Below, one piece after another: positions 50,834 through 59,170 of a stretch of 64,000 bases of DNA. The notes under the pieces are model-generated. The model had not been told where the DNA came from, did not search any database, and was given only the letters and a program-made list of their open reading frames with translations. Within the stretch, counting starts at the first letter, position 1; each line of letters starts with the position of its first letter. Source of the stretch: an uncultured virus (IMG/VR IMGVR_UViG_2061766007_000545) (lineage: Duplodnaviria > Heunggongvirae > Uroviricota > Caudoviricetes); IMG/VR virus record IMGVR_UViG_2061766007_000545; one strand, given 5' to 3'. The position numbers were made by a program, and so were the translations under genes.

Positions 50834-51001
50834 ATTTCCGTAGTATACGAGATAAAAGTCTACTTATATTAAAGAGAAAAATAGCTTTTTAGAAAATTTG
50901 AATTTTTCTTTAAATTTTGGTATATCGCGCGTGCGCGTGCATGTGTGCGCGCGTTATTTAATAAGGAAGCAATTCAAAAAATAGATGAGAGGAAAGGAGT
51001 A

Positions 51002-52060
51002 ATGGCAGAGGATAGAGATTTTATTGGTTTTTCCTTTAACGGATACTCAAGTATCGACGATTTAGGAATATATCGAGTTAGTGATGGTTCGCGCTATGAA
51101 GAGTCATTACTACCTCAGGTTAAAGATTTAACTACAGATATCGAAGGAAGAGATGGTACACTCTTCTTTAAATCAAACTATAAAGCGAAAGTATTAAATC
51201 TAAATTTTTCTTATGAAGGAGTAACGGAAGTTCAGATTCGAAAAATACGTAAGGCTTTTGATGCGCGAGTCCCTCATGACTTAATTTTCGAAGAGCGCCC
51301 ATACAAAGTTTATAATGCAAAGGTAACTACAGTACCAAATCTAAAGTATGTCCCCTTCTTAGAGAAGCCACGCACTGCAGGTACTCAATATATCCTAGAT
51401 GCAAATGATCCAATCGTTCAGGCGCAGACTTCTCTTAATGCAGCTTTTGGTCGTGCTGCTGATGATGGGAAACGAATCCCTATAGTAGATGGTGCGGATC
51501 AGCGTATTTATAAAGGAGAGGGAACTGTAGGTCTTACTGCATTTTATCCTTTCGCGCATACACCAGCTGGCAAAAAGTTTAAAGAAAATTATCCTCTAAC
51601 GGATTATCCAAGTAGAGACGAATGGTGGGTTTCAACTGGAATGATAGATGAGCAAGGTAGCTTCGATATTTTTGATGATGGGATTATTCCAGTTATGAAT
51701 CCAGGCGATCTAATCGCGCCATTTATATTAGATTTTGAAGCTGTAGCAACTGGTCAAATTGCGATTACTTTAGGGGTAGAGAACGAGCCACCCGCTTCAG
51801 CACTTATCCTAACGGCAGTAGCTGGCGAGAAGTTTCATATTGATAGTCAACAAGGTCTTATTTACTTAATAAATCAAACAGGTGGTATCTATGATGGTAC
51901 TATCTATGATAATAATGGGAATCCTCAGGTAGCAAATAATCGTATCCTTGGAGGAAGCGCGCTATTTGGAATTCCACTTTGTACCGAAACAGACGGTATG
52001 CGTTTTACCTTAACAAACGTAACCGATGTTGCAATAAATTATAACTACTGGTATTACTAA
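51002..52060 (+). CDS. Distal tail (Dit)-like siphophage tail component
   Basis: GFSFNG, IEGRDG, DLIFEE.PYKVY.A, F.A..PFA, NPGD pattern. Confidence 0.7.
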   Translation: MAEDRDFIGFSFNGYSSIDDLGIYRVSDGSRYEESLLPQVKDLTTDIEGRDGTLFFKSNYKAKVLNLNFSYEGVTEVQIRKIRKAFDARVPHDLIFEERPYKVYNAKVTTVPNLKYVPFLEKPRTAGTQYILDANDPIVQAQTSLNAAFGRAADDGKRIPIVDGADQRIYKGEGTVGLTAFYPFAHTPAGKKFKENYPLTDYPSRDEWWVSTGMIDEQGSFDIFDDGIIPVMNPGDLIAPFILDFEAVATGQIAITLGVENEPPASALILTAVAGEKFHIDSQQGLIYLINQTGGIYDGTIYDNNGNPQVANNRILGGSALFGIPLCTETDGMRFTLTNVTDVAINYNYWYY

Positions 52061-52074
52061 AAGGAGGAAAAGAT

Positions 52075-52305
52075 ATGAGTAATAAAGTCTATAATATTTT
52101 GAAGTATCTTTCTACTATTGCATTGCCCGCGTTGGCCACATTACTTATTGGTATTGGTGAAATTTGGAATATTTCTATTATGACACCAATTGCTGGAACC
52201 GTTACTCTTATTGCTGCTTTTCTTGGAGCATTGATTGTTAAGTCAAGTCTTAGCTATTTCAAGGATAAGGAGATTATTCCAATAGAAGACGGGGAAGAGA
52301 AGTAA
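52075..52305 (+). CDS. Holin (Dp-1-like)
   Basis: MSNKVYNILKY...ALPA..TL, two TM helices. Confidence 0.8.
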   Translation: MSNKVYNILKYLSTIALPALATLLIGIGEIWNISIMTPIAGTVTLIAAFLGALIVKSSLSYFKDKEIIPIEDGEEK

Positions 52306-52313
52306 ATAAAGCG

Positions 52314-52341
52314 AGTCGGGTACCTTGGTACCCGACTTTTT
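52314..52341 (+). terminator. Intrinsic terminator
   Basis: AGTCGGGTACC/GGTACCCGACT + T run. Confidence 0.82.
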
Positions 52342-52356
52342 CTATTCATAAGAAAT

Positions 52357-52385
52357 TTGAAAAATTAAAAAAAATATGATATAAT
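52357..52385 (+). promoter_or_regulatory. Sigma-A-type promoter
   Basis: TTGAAA-17-TATAAT. Confidence 0.78.
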
Positions 52386-52420
52386 TTATTTAGAATAGAA
52401 AAAAAGGAGATTTTTTTGAA

Positions 52421-52723
52421 ATGGCTAATAAGGTTACGAATAACGATATTCAGAAGTTCAACGAGCTTTACTATAAAGTTAAGTCTTATGCAGAAGTCGC
52501 GCGCCAGACAGGTTTTACTGCGGCTACTGTAAAGAAATATATTATAAAGGATTGGGCGCCGATTCAAGAAGAGAATATTAGGAGATTTGATCCACAGAAA
52601 GATATGCCTCCTATTTTTGGAACATTTCTTTTTAGAGGAGTAGATAATTATGGGGATTTGTGTGTACTTAGCGATGAAGAAAAAGCAGAAATTTATGAAC
52701 TTCAAAAAGAGGTTAGTATTTAG
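52421..52723 (+). CDS. HTH-containing hypothetical protein
   Basis: SYAEVARQTGFTAATVKKY; own promoter. Confidence 0.65.
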   Translation: MANKVTNNDIQKFNELYYKVKSYAEVARQTGFTAATVKKYIIKDWAPIQEENIRRFDPQKDMPPIFGTFLFRGVDNYGDLCVLSDEEKAEIYELQKEVSI

Positions 52724-52805
52724 TTGAAGATTATATTTGTTGTTTTTCTTTTATGCACGACAATCCCTGAAATAATTATTTTAATAAAAGATAGGAGAAA
52801 TAAAG

Positions 52806-53237
52806 ATGAATGAGAAAAAGACATATTTTTCTTTTGGCGAATCCCCTTTCCATCCTGGGAAGTACCTTATTAATATAGATGACTATGAAGGTTTTCATTG
52901 CGGGGGTACGCTGGGTAGTTATAATGTATTGTTCGCGCGCCTTATGAATTTATCGTATGCACAGTTCTTGAGGTTTTGTAGAGACGTAGGTGGCGCAGAG
53001 TTGTGTGGTAAGAATTCGCTTTATATAATTCCTGTGTTTCCTCATAAAACCGGAACAGCAGCACAAATACTTAAGCTTTTAAATAACTTGGCTAATGTAG
53101 TTATTTGGGAAAGAAATCACCCTGATTGGGAAGACCATCAGAGAGAAGTGCTTGAAAAAGAACTTAAGGTATTTAATATTGTAAAGGAGAATCTTGATGT
53201 ACTTAACAAAGGAATTGTTGGAGAAGAAAAAGGTTAA
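52806..53237 (+). CDS. Hypothetical protein
   Basis: 143 aa, AGGAG RBS. Confidence 0.6.
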   Translation: MNEKKTYFSFGESPFHPGKYLINIDDYEGFHCGGTLGSYNVLFARLMNLSYAQFLRFCRDVGGAELCGKNSLYIIPVFPHKTGTAAQILKLLNNLANVVIWERNHPDWEDHQREVLEKELKVFNIVKENLDVLNKGIVGEEKG

Positions 53238-54048
53238 TATTTATTGCCCTACTATTTATGAAGAGGTTTCAAAAAAGCCTCAAGAGTTAATGGATATTTT
53301 GGATAAGATTCAAAAGAAGAAATTAGATTCGAATGAATTACTTACTCTTCCTTATTTTATTCTTTTTGATTTGGAAGAAGAAAAGAAGATGGAAGAAATT
53401 CTTAATCTTATTAACTGTAAGGCAGTAATTTATTCAAAAAATATTAAGAATAGTGAATTAGTTAGTGAATCTTCAGAAGTTAAAGATTCGGATTGTATTT
53501 GGAAAAGCAATAACGTAACTAATTCTAGCCATGTAACGGATAGTAATGTTATTTCAAATAGTCAGCATATTAAAGATTCAAGATATGTAATTGATAGTTA
53601 TGAAGTTACAGAAAGTACTGATGTAGATAATAGCTGTGCGGTATATCAGTCTAACCATGTTTTGAATAGTTTTTTAGTATCCTTAGGAATAGAAATTAGT
53701 GATAGTATTGGAATTATTGCTAGTGACGAAATTAAGAATTGCTATTTCTGCAAAGGATGCTGCGACATAGCAAATGGAATTTTTTGTTATAGTTTTGATT
53801 GGGTAGACAAGGATAAATATTGGTTTTGTAATGAGGAAATCTCTAAAGAGAAATTCGAAGGTTATGTAAAGATGATAAAGAGAATCCTCGAAAGTTCTTA
53901 TCTTGGACATAAAGATAGATTAAGTGATTATGAGATAGAAAATCTGCGTGATTGGGCAAATTCGCTTCCAAAAGCAGATAAAGATTTTATTAAAGTTATA
54001 CTTGATTCTATTACTAAGGTAGGAAATAAATCTTATGACAACGAGTAA
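53197..54048 (+). CDS. Hexapeptide-periodicity beta-helix protein
   Basis: S..(V/I)..S..(V/I) six-residue repeats ending in C..C..C. Confidence 0.65.
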   Translation: MYLTKELLEKKKVNIYCPTIYEEVSKKPQELMDILDKIQKKKLDSNELLTLPYFILFDLEEEKKMEEILNLINCKAVIYSKNIKNSELVSESSEVKDSDCIWKSNNVTNSSHVTDSNVISNSQHIKDSRYVIDSYEVTESTDVDNSCAVYQSNHVLNSFLVSLGIEISDSIGIIASDEIKNCYFCKGCCDIANGIFCYSFDWVDKDKYWFCNEEISKEKFEGYVKMIKRILESSYLGHKDRLSDYEIENLRDWANSLPKADKDFIKVILDSITKVGNKSYDNE

Positions 54049-54532
54049 AAGAAATTACTATAAATATCCCGAAAGAAGTAATTGTGGCGGATACGCCCTT
54101 GGATTGGAAGAATGGTATAAACCTTATATTGGTTCTGATGTATTTAGAGAGCGCGCCATCAAACAACGATTGCGTGAGGGTAAAACGATAGAAGAAATAG
54201 AAAAAGAAATTTTGGAGCAAGACACCAAATTTATCCTACAAGATTTCGGTCGCGCGCTGAGTACGACCGAAAATCCACATACAATACCAAATTCCAAAAA
54301 AGTTATTGCTTATCGAATTTGCGTGGATGAAAATTTTGAAGGGATTTATACAGATTACCACTTTAAAGTACGAACCAATGGAGTTTGGTCACACAAACAA
54401 GGTTCAATGAAACCGGAAGAATGCGAGTTAGATGAAGATAAACCTTGGGGATTACTTGAGAATGATGATGAAACCATTCTTCATTATTACGATAGTCCGA
54501 TTGTGTATTTCGTGGTAGAAGAAGAAATTTGA
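54035..54532 (+). CDS. Hypothetical protein with papain-like Cys/His motif
   Basis: NCGGYALG...DYHF...G.WSHK.G. Confidence 0.6.
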   Translation: MTTSKRNYYKYPERSNCGGYALGLEEWYKPYIGSDVFRERAIKQRLREGKTIEEIEKEILEQDTKFILQDFGRALSTTENPHTIPNSKKVIAYRICVDENFEGIYTDYHFKVRTNGVWSHKQGSMKPEECELDEDKPWGLLENDDETILHYYDSPIVYFVVEEEI

Positions 54533-54557
54533 AATTTTTCTGAATTTTTTATATAAT
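54529..54557 (+). promoter_or_regulatory. Sigma-A-type promoter (tRNA array 1)
   Basis: TTGAAA-17-TATAAT. Confidence 0.75.
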
Positions 54558-54598
54558 TTAGTTACAAAAAGTTAAGGAAAGAACGAGGGAAAAGAGAT

Positions 54599-54877
54599 AT
54601 GAAAAGATTTATTGGAATTTTTGATAATGGGTATCCTAGTTGCGAAAATAGATTATATTTTGTTGCAGATAATGAAGAGCAAGTAAATAAATATATGGAC
54701 GAAAGACTTTATGATTATGCCCTAGACTACGCATATTGCTGTATCAATACTGAAGACGATGAAGGCGAAGAGTGGCAGGCTTATTATGAAGATTGCGATT
54801 ATTATGTAACGGAAATTGAAGAAGATTGCGAAGATTATGATGATATTGAAGAACTTTGGATTGATCTTCGTAATTAA
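54599..54877 (+). CDS. Acidic hypothetical protein
   Basis: 92 aa, Asp/Glu/Tyr-rich, first gene after promoter at 54529. Confidence 0.65.
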   Translation: MKRFIGIFDNGYPSCENRLYFVADNEEQVNKYMDERLYDYALDYAYCCINTEDDEGEEWQAYYEDCDYYVTEIEEDCEDYDDIEELWIDLRN

Positions 54878-54879
54878 AT

Positions 54880-54950
54880 TACGGGTTGGTGTAAGGGCAG
54901 CATTGTAGATTCTGACTCTACCGATAATGGTTCAATTCCATTACCCGTAG
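54880..54950 (+). tRNA. tRNA-Gln(CTG)
   Basis: Cloverleaf; GTAGA-TT-CTG-AC-TCTAC. Confidence 0.85.
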
Positions 54951-54953
54951 TCT

Positions 54954-55026
54954 TGGGGCGTAGCCAAGTTGGTAAGGCACGGGGTTTTGATCCCCGGATG
55001 CGTAGGTTCGAGTCCTACCGCCCTAG
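54954..55026 (+). tRNA. tRNA-Gln(TTG)
   Basis: CGGGG-TT-TTG-AT-CCCCG, GTTCGAGTC. Confidence 0.92.
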
Positions 55027-55030
55027 CTTT

Positions 55031-55102
55031 GTCTGTATGGTCTAATGGATATGACATCTGCCCTCCAAGCAGAAGATGTGGGTTCAATTCCCACTATGGA
55101 CT
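55031..55102 (+). tRNA. tRNA-Gly(TCC)
   Basis: TCTGC-CC-TCC-AA-GCAGA (C33). Confidence 0.85.
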
Positions 55103-55106
55103 TTTT

Positions 55107-55179
55107 GTCGAGTTCGTCTAGTTGGAAAGGATAGGAGACTCTCAATCTCCAGACACGAGTTCAAATCTCGTACTCGGTA
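55107..55179 (+). tRNA. tRNA-Glu(CTC)
   Basis: GGAGA-CT-CTC-AA-TCTCC. Confidence 0.88.
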
Positions 55180-55187
55180 TTCAGTTT

Positions 55188-55270
55188 GCGCGCGTGGCGG
55201 AATTGGCAGACGCAGGGGACTTAAAATCCCCTTCCCTTTGGGAGTGTGGGTTCGAGTCCCACCGTGCGCA
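55188..55270 (+). tRNA. tRNA-Leu(TAA)
   Basis: GGGGA-CT-TAA-AA-TCCCC, long variable arm. Confidence 0.93.
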
Positions 55271-55537
55271 GTTGCCACAAAGCTAGTGGCATAGGCGGTG
55301 TAGCTAATCGCTTTAAAACCTACCTCAAACAAATAAACAAAATGAGGGTACTTTCGAGAGAAAGAGAAAAGGTAATAGAATTCATAGGTAGACAACTGTA
55401 CGATAGTTTAAAAGATGAGCATAAGAAAACATGCCTATGCAGAAGTAAGGCTGCTTGGACGCAGAAAGGCTTCAAATTTTATTAGGTAAGATAGGAAATA
55501 AGTATAGCGCTGTATTTATTTCTGACTTTTGCCTTAG

Positions 55538-55608
55538 GCCGATATGGTCTAGTGGTACGATTTCTCCTTGCCAAGGAGAGGACGTGGGTTCGATCCCCAC
55601 TATCGGCT
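55538..55608 (+). tRNA. tRNA-Gly(GCC)
   Basis: TCTCC-TT-GCC-AA-GGAGA. Confidence 0.92.
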
Positions 55609-55612
55609 TTAT

Positions 55613-55686
55613 GGGGCCGTGGCGCAATTGGCGAGCGCAGGTGCTTTGCAAGCACAAGGTTGAGGGTTCAACTCCCTTCGGCTCCA
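55613..55686 (+). tRNA. tRNA-Ala(TGC)
   Basis: GTGC-TT-TGC-AA-GCAC, G3-U70 pair. Confidence 0.92.
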
Positions 55687-55692
55687 TTTTAT

Positions 55693-55776
55693 CCGCAGAT
55701 AACCCGTAATTGGCAGCGGTCCTGACTGTAAATCAGGTGTCTTCGGATTCTGGTGGTTCAAGTCCATCTCTGCGGA
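55693..55776 (+). tRNA. tRNA-Tyr(GTA)
   Basis: CCTGA-CT-GTA-AA-TCAGG, long variable arm, C1-G72. Confidence 0.88.
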
Positions 55777-55796
55777 TTTTATTGAAAGGAGAAATC

Positions 55797-56108
55797 ATGA
55801 TAATAGGAAAACTTATTCGTCCTCAAACTTGTGACATGGGTTCTAATTATGTAGAATATGAAATGACAGAAGATATGACTTTAGACCAAGTTCTTGAATG
55901 GATTAAAGAAAATAATATTTGTGCATTTGGAACCATTACTATTAGTTTTAGAGATGGAGACATTCTTCGTAAGTTTGATTATGATTTATTTCACAAAAAT
56001 GAAAGGTCTTTTTATTATAATTTTGGTTGGGAAGGCAAAAAGATTGTAAATAAAATGACTTCTCAAGCTTGTTTTATGTATTGCGATTTTGAGATTCAAT
56101 TAAGATAA
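55797..56108 (+). CDS. Hypothetical protein within tRNA array
   Basis: AAAGGAG RBS, ATG 55797. Confidence 0.65.
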   Translation: MIIGKLIRPQTCDMGSNYVEYEMTEDMTLDQVLEWIKENNICAFGTITISFRDGDILRKFDYDLFHKNERSFYYNFGWEGKKIVNKMTSQACFMYCDFEIQLR

Positions 56109-56112
56109 AGTT

Positions 56113-56186
56113 TGGGGCGTAGCTCAGTCGGTTAGAGCAGTACTCTTATAAAGTAAAGGTCAAGGGTTCAATTCCCTTCGCCCCGA
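56113..56186 (+). tRNA. tRNA-Ile(TAT)
   Basis: TACT-CT-TAT-AA-AGTA, canonical D and T arms. Confidence 0.85.
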
Positions 56187-56303
56187 TTTGTGCGGTGTGT
56201 ACGAGCTTCGCGCCGTATGCGTTGTACAGTATAATAAAAAGGTGGTAAATTTTATGAAGAAACGATTTACTATGGATAAAGTAGAAGATTATGACTTTAT
56301 CCA

Positions 56304-56376
56304 GCCTCGGTAGCTCAACTGGTAGAGCGCAGGCTTGAAGGACCTGGCGTAGTTGGTTCAACTCCAACCCGAGGCA
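56304..56376 (+). tRNA. tRNA-Phe(GAA)
   Basis: CAGGC-TT-GAA-GG-ACCTG. Confidence 0.87.
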
Positions 56377-56468
56377 CTCATGGGTTTGTTGGTTTCCCAA
56401 ATTACACCAAATGAGGCGGGCATAGCGCCAAGAGCGAAAATGGAGTCAAATCTACTATGCGTAAACGC

Positions 56469-56542
56469 GGGCGATTGATGCAACTGGCAGACATACTCGA
56501 TTCAAAATCGAGGTTTTATGGGTTCGATTCCCTTATTGCCCA
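56469..56542 (+). tRNA. tRNA-Leu(CAA), short variable loop
   Basis: CTCGA-TT-CAA-AA-TCGAG. Confidence 0.85.
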
Positions 56543-56551
56543 TTATACTAT

Positions 56552-56624
56552 GCTCGCATAGCTCAGCTGGGAGAGCGCGTGGTCTACACCCACGAGGTCG
56601 GGAGTTCGATCCTCTCTGTGAGTA
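56552..56624 (+). tRNA. tRNA-Val(TAC)
   Basis: CGTGG-TC-TAC-AC-CCACG (C33). Confidence 0.87.
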
Positions 56625-56628
56625 CTTT

Positions 56629-56702
56629 GTTCCGTTAGGCTAATGGAAAAAGACTAAGCGACTTCTAATCGTTTGATATAGGTTCGAATCCTATACGGAA
56701 CA
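56629..56702 (+). tRNA. tRNA-Arg(TCT)
   Basis: AGCGA-CT-TCT-AA-TCGTT. Confidence 0.88.
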
Positions 56703-56719
56703 TCGAAGGGAGAAAAGAA

Positions 56720-57289
56720 ATGTATAAAGGTTTATATGATAAATTTAAAGATTGGTTTCATAATGATAGAGGTAATGTATGGTTTTATTCCGATCCTCAC
56801 TTTAGTGATGAAGAAATGATTTATTTGCGCGCTAACTATATTGGCGATTTAGAGCAAGTAAAACGAATTAACTCTAAAGTAGGTAAATATGATACGATTA
56901 TCTTTCTTGGTGATATTGGAAACCCTGAATACATTTCTAATATTCGTGGATATAAAGTACTTATAAAAGGAAACCACGATAGCGGAAATGCAAATTATGA
57001 AAAGTACTTTGATGAAATTTACGAAGGCGCGCTTTGTGTGTCAGAAAAAATTATACTCAGTCACGAACCAATTTACTTTCCTTTTGCCCTAAATATTCAT
57101 GGACATGACCATTCTAATTGGGAATTCCAAGACGAAATGCATTGGAATGTTTGTGCAGAGTATATTAACTATACTCCTATTAGTTTAAATGATATAATTA
57201 AGTCTGGTAGGTTAAAGAAAATTGATAGTATCCATAGAGTTACGATAGATAAAGCCACGGAAAGAAAGGGAGAGAAAAATGGTGTATAA
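56720..57289 (+). CDS. Calcineurin-like metallophosphoesterase
   Basis: SDPHF, LGDI, KGNHD, LSHEP, HGHDH. Confidence 0.9.
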   Translation: MYKGLYDKFKDWFHNDRGNVWFYSDPHFSDEEMIYLRANYIGDLEQVKRINSKVGKYDTIIFLGDIGNPEYISNIRGYKVLIKGNHDSGNANYEKYFDEIYEGALCVSEKIILSHEPIYFPFALNIHGHDHSNWEFQDEMHWNVCAEYINYTPISLNDIIKSGRLKKIDSIHRVTIDKATERKGEKNGV

Positions 57290-57467
57290 ATTAATATTAG
57301 ATGAAAAAGATATTAGTAAAATTCTATCACAGGTTTTTGTAACAGATGGCGGTAAGCTTGAAGCTTTTTGGAAGGTATATGACGAAGCTGGCATAATGGG
57401 TGATGAGACAAGACTTGAGATTACCTTAACGTCTAGTTCTCCTATTACTCCAATAGAAGATTTTTGA
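57279..57467 (+). CDS. Small hypothetical protein
   Basis: 62 aa, overlaps upstream stop, GGAG RBS. Confidence 0.55.
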   Translation: MVYKLILDEKDISKILSQVFVTDGGKLEAFWKVYDEAGIMGDETRLEITLTSSSPITPIEDF

Positions 57468-57492
57468 TTTTTCTTAAAATTTTTGATATAAT
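57464..57492 (+). promoter_or_regulatory. Sigma-A-type promoter (ncRNA/tRNA array 2)
   Basis: TTGATT-17-TATAAT. Confidence 0.8.
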
Positions 57493-57651
57493 ATATATAG
57501 AAAAGTTGAGAGAGAAATAAAAAAGTTTATAAAAGTTATAGCCTCTGTGACAATTTAGGGTGCTTACGCTATAACTTCTTAAGCGCAAACCTCAAGTTAT
57601 GCCTAATCTGCTGCTATCGCGCTATATAAACTGAGCAGGAAAAGGCAATTC

Positions 57652-57724
57652 GGTTCTATAGTTTAGTTGGTTAAAATACGGCGCTGTCAACGCCGAGTCA
57701 TGGGTTCAATCCCCATTGGAACCG
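57652..57724 (+). tRNA. tRNA-Asp(GTC)
   Basis: CGGCG-CT-GTC-AA-CGCCG. Confidence 0.92.
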
Positions 57725-57951
57725 CGCCCATAGTGGATAGACGGGTTCAGAGATGCCTTAAGGTGTAACTCTATAAAAATACCTTTATTGCAAGGATAAC
57801 TAGTGCCACCTAGGAAACCTTAGCCGGAGTCAAAACAGGGTTTTTCTCCTTATTAATTCAAGGGCGTACGACGCTGAGAGTGAATTAAGTTAAAGGAGGT
57901 TTTCTGATGGCAGCGACTTACGACAACAAAAACAGGCAGAGAAAACTTTTG

Positions 57952-58025
57952 GGGGGTTTAGCTCAGTTGGTTAGAGCGCTTGACTGTTAATCAAGATGTC
58001 CTAGGTTCGAGTCCTAGAATCCCCG
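57952..58025 (+). tRNA. tRNA-Asn(GTT)
   Basis: CTTGA-CT-GTT-AA-TCAAG. Confidence 0.93.
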
Positions 58026-58086
58026 TTGAACAAAAACCTCCTAAAGGTTTTTACTAGTAATGTGCTTGCACTACCCTAGGTTTTTT

Positions 58087-58281
58087 GTGAAGGTTGGCGG
58101 AGTATGTAGGTGTACGCAGTATAAATTCATAGTAATTGGATTCTAAAAAGAATTGGGCGCCACGTGGGTGGCTCGGAGAAAGTTAGGACTTCTCTCAATC
58201 AACTCTACGGGACTATGATACCTCTCTATAATGAATACCCGAACCAAGAGGGAGTCGATTAACTCCAACTCTTGCCTTCAC
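58087..58281 (+). ncRNA. Candidate ~195-nt structured ncRNA (unclassified)
   Basis: Ends pair (GTGAAGGT/GCCTTCAC), internal TCATAGT/ACTATGA and GAGAAAGT/ACTTCTC; no ORF. Confidence 0.45.
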
Positions 58282-58284
58282 TAT

Positions 58285-58356
58285 GCACCCATCGTCGAAT
58301 AGGCAAGACTACTGACTTGTAATCAGTGTATGGCGGTTCGAGTCCGTCTGGGTGCT
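58285..58356 (+). tRNA. tRNA-Thr(TGT)
   Basis: ACTGA-CT-TGT-AA-TCAGT. Confidence 0.9.
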
Positions 58357-58359
58357 CTC

Positions 58360-59165
58360 CCACCACTCGATACTAGTAGGAAAACCGAAGCTTTATTTCG
58401 AGTTAATGTGACTCTAGTGGAATCTTAGGAAAGTCGAGGAACTCGAGGGATATACCCTCCAAGAAGGGTTGAGCCTTCAGCACAGGGGTTTAAGGTCGAA
58501 GTGACAATAGTCATATGGTAAGAACCAGGCATGTAAATGTGCGTTAGTGCGAAAAACCTTAAAGAACCTAACACGCCTCTCAACGATGCGGACCACGTTA
58601 GGTCTGGGAATACTGAAAAACGAGAGCAGTGAGCACACACAGGAATCTCACGCCGTACTAGTCTCCGGTACACGACTATGAGGTGGTAATAGTCCCTCGT
58701 CACGATGTGTAGGTATTCCCGTAATTTGTCGCCTTCGTCTAATTGGCTAGGACAGCGCCCTTTCACGGCGCAAACGTGGGTTCAAACCCCATAGGCGGTA
58801 TATTGGGTAGAAAGATAAACTACCCCTCCCTTCCGAGGGAAAAGGTCCCTGACATCTTTAAGAGTCGACACTTGAAAGGTGCATACCAAACTTCTTATAA
58901 TGGGCAAGCGATAGTCCCATATCGTTAACGCTTCTAACACGGAAGTAAAAATAGGTAGTTGCTCGTAAGGCAAGCTTCGACAGAAAGGCTGACATGAGGA
59001 CTCCGCGGATGTCGTGCCGCGGTATAGAAATGGTTGGACAGTTCTACTAGGGATGACAACTAAAGTAGCAGTATGGAGCATTCTATGTAATGCGGTTGAA
59101 ATGCTGAAGTAGTTTGCGGTGGTTTTGGGGCGACATTTATCCACTTGTCAAAAAGAAAGAGCGTT
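58360..59165 (+). ncRNA. Large ornate ncRNA candidate (one ~800-nt GOLLD-like RNA with embedded tRNA-Glu, or two ~360-nt RNAs)
   Basis: GC-richer, no credible CDS, more than 15 hairpins plus several loop-loop complementarities; family assignment unverified. Confidence 0.6.
58728..58800 (+). tRNA. tRNA-Glu(TTC)
   Basis: GCGCC-CT-TTC-AC-GGCGC. Confidence 0.92.
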
Positions 59166-59170
59166 CATCA

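Noticed and set aside
55271..55530. Degenerate tRNA-like remnants (GGCGGTGTAGCT; CTGC-TTGGAC-GCAG..TTCAAAT)
   Set aside because: A full cloverleaf cannot be built; at most pseudo-tRNA debris
56552..56624. Possible amber suppressor (CTA) tRNA and recoded genome
   Set aside because: The 7-nt loop centres on TAC with a Val-type body; long genes translate intact in the standard code and several end in TAG
58425..58445. RNase P RNA (AGGAAAGTC resemblance)
   Set aside because: No matching 3' P4 strand (ACAGAA..CGGCTTA-like) found by eye; kept as unclassified ncRNA
58802..59165. tmRNA (multiple pseudoknots)
   Set aside because: No alanyl tRNA-like domain or Ala-Ala-ending tag reading frame seen
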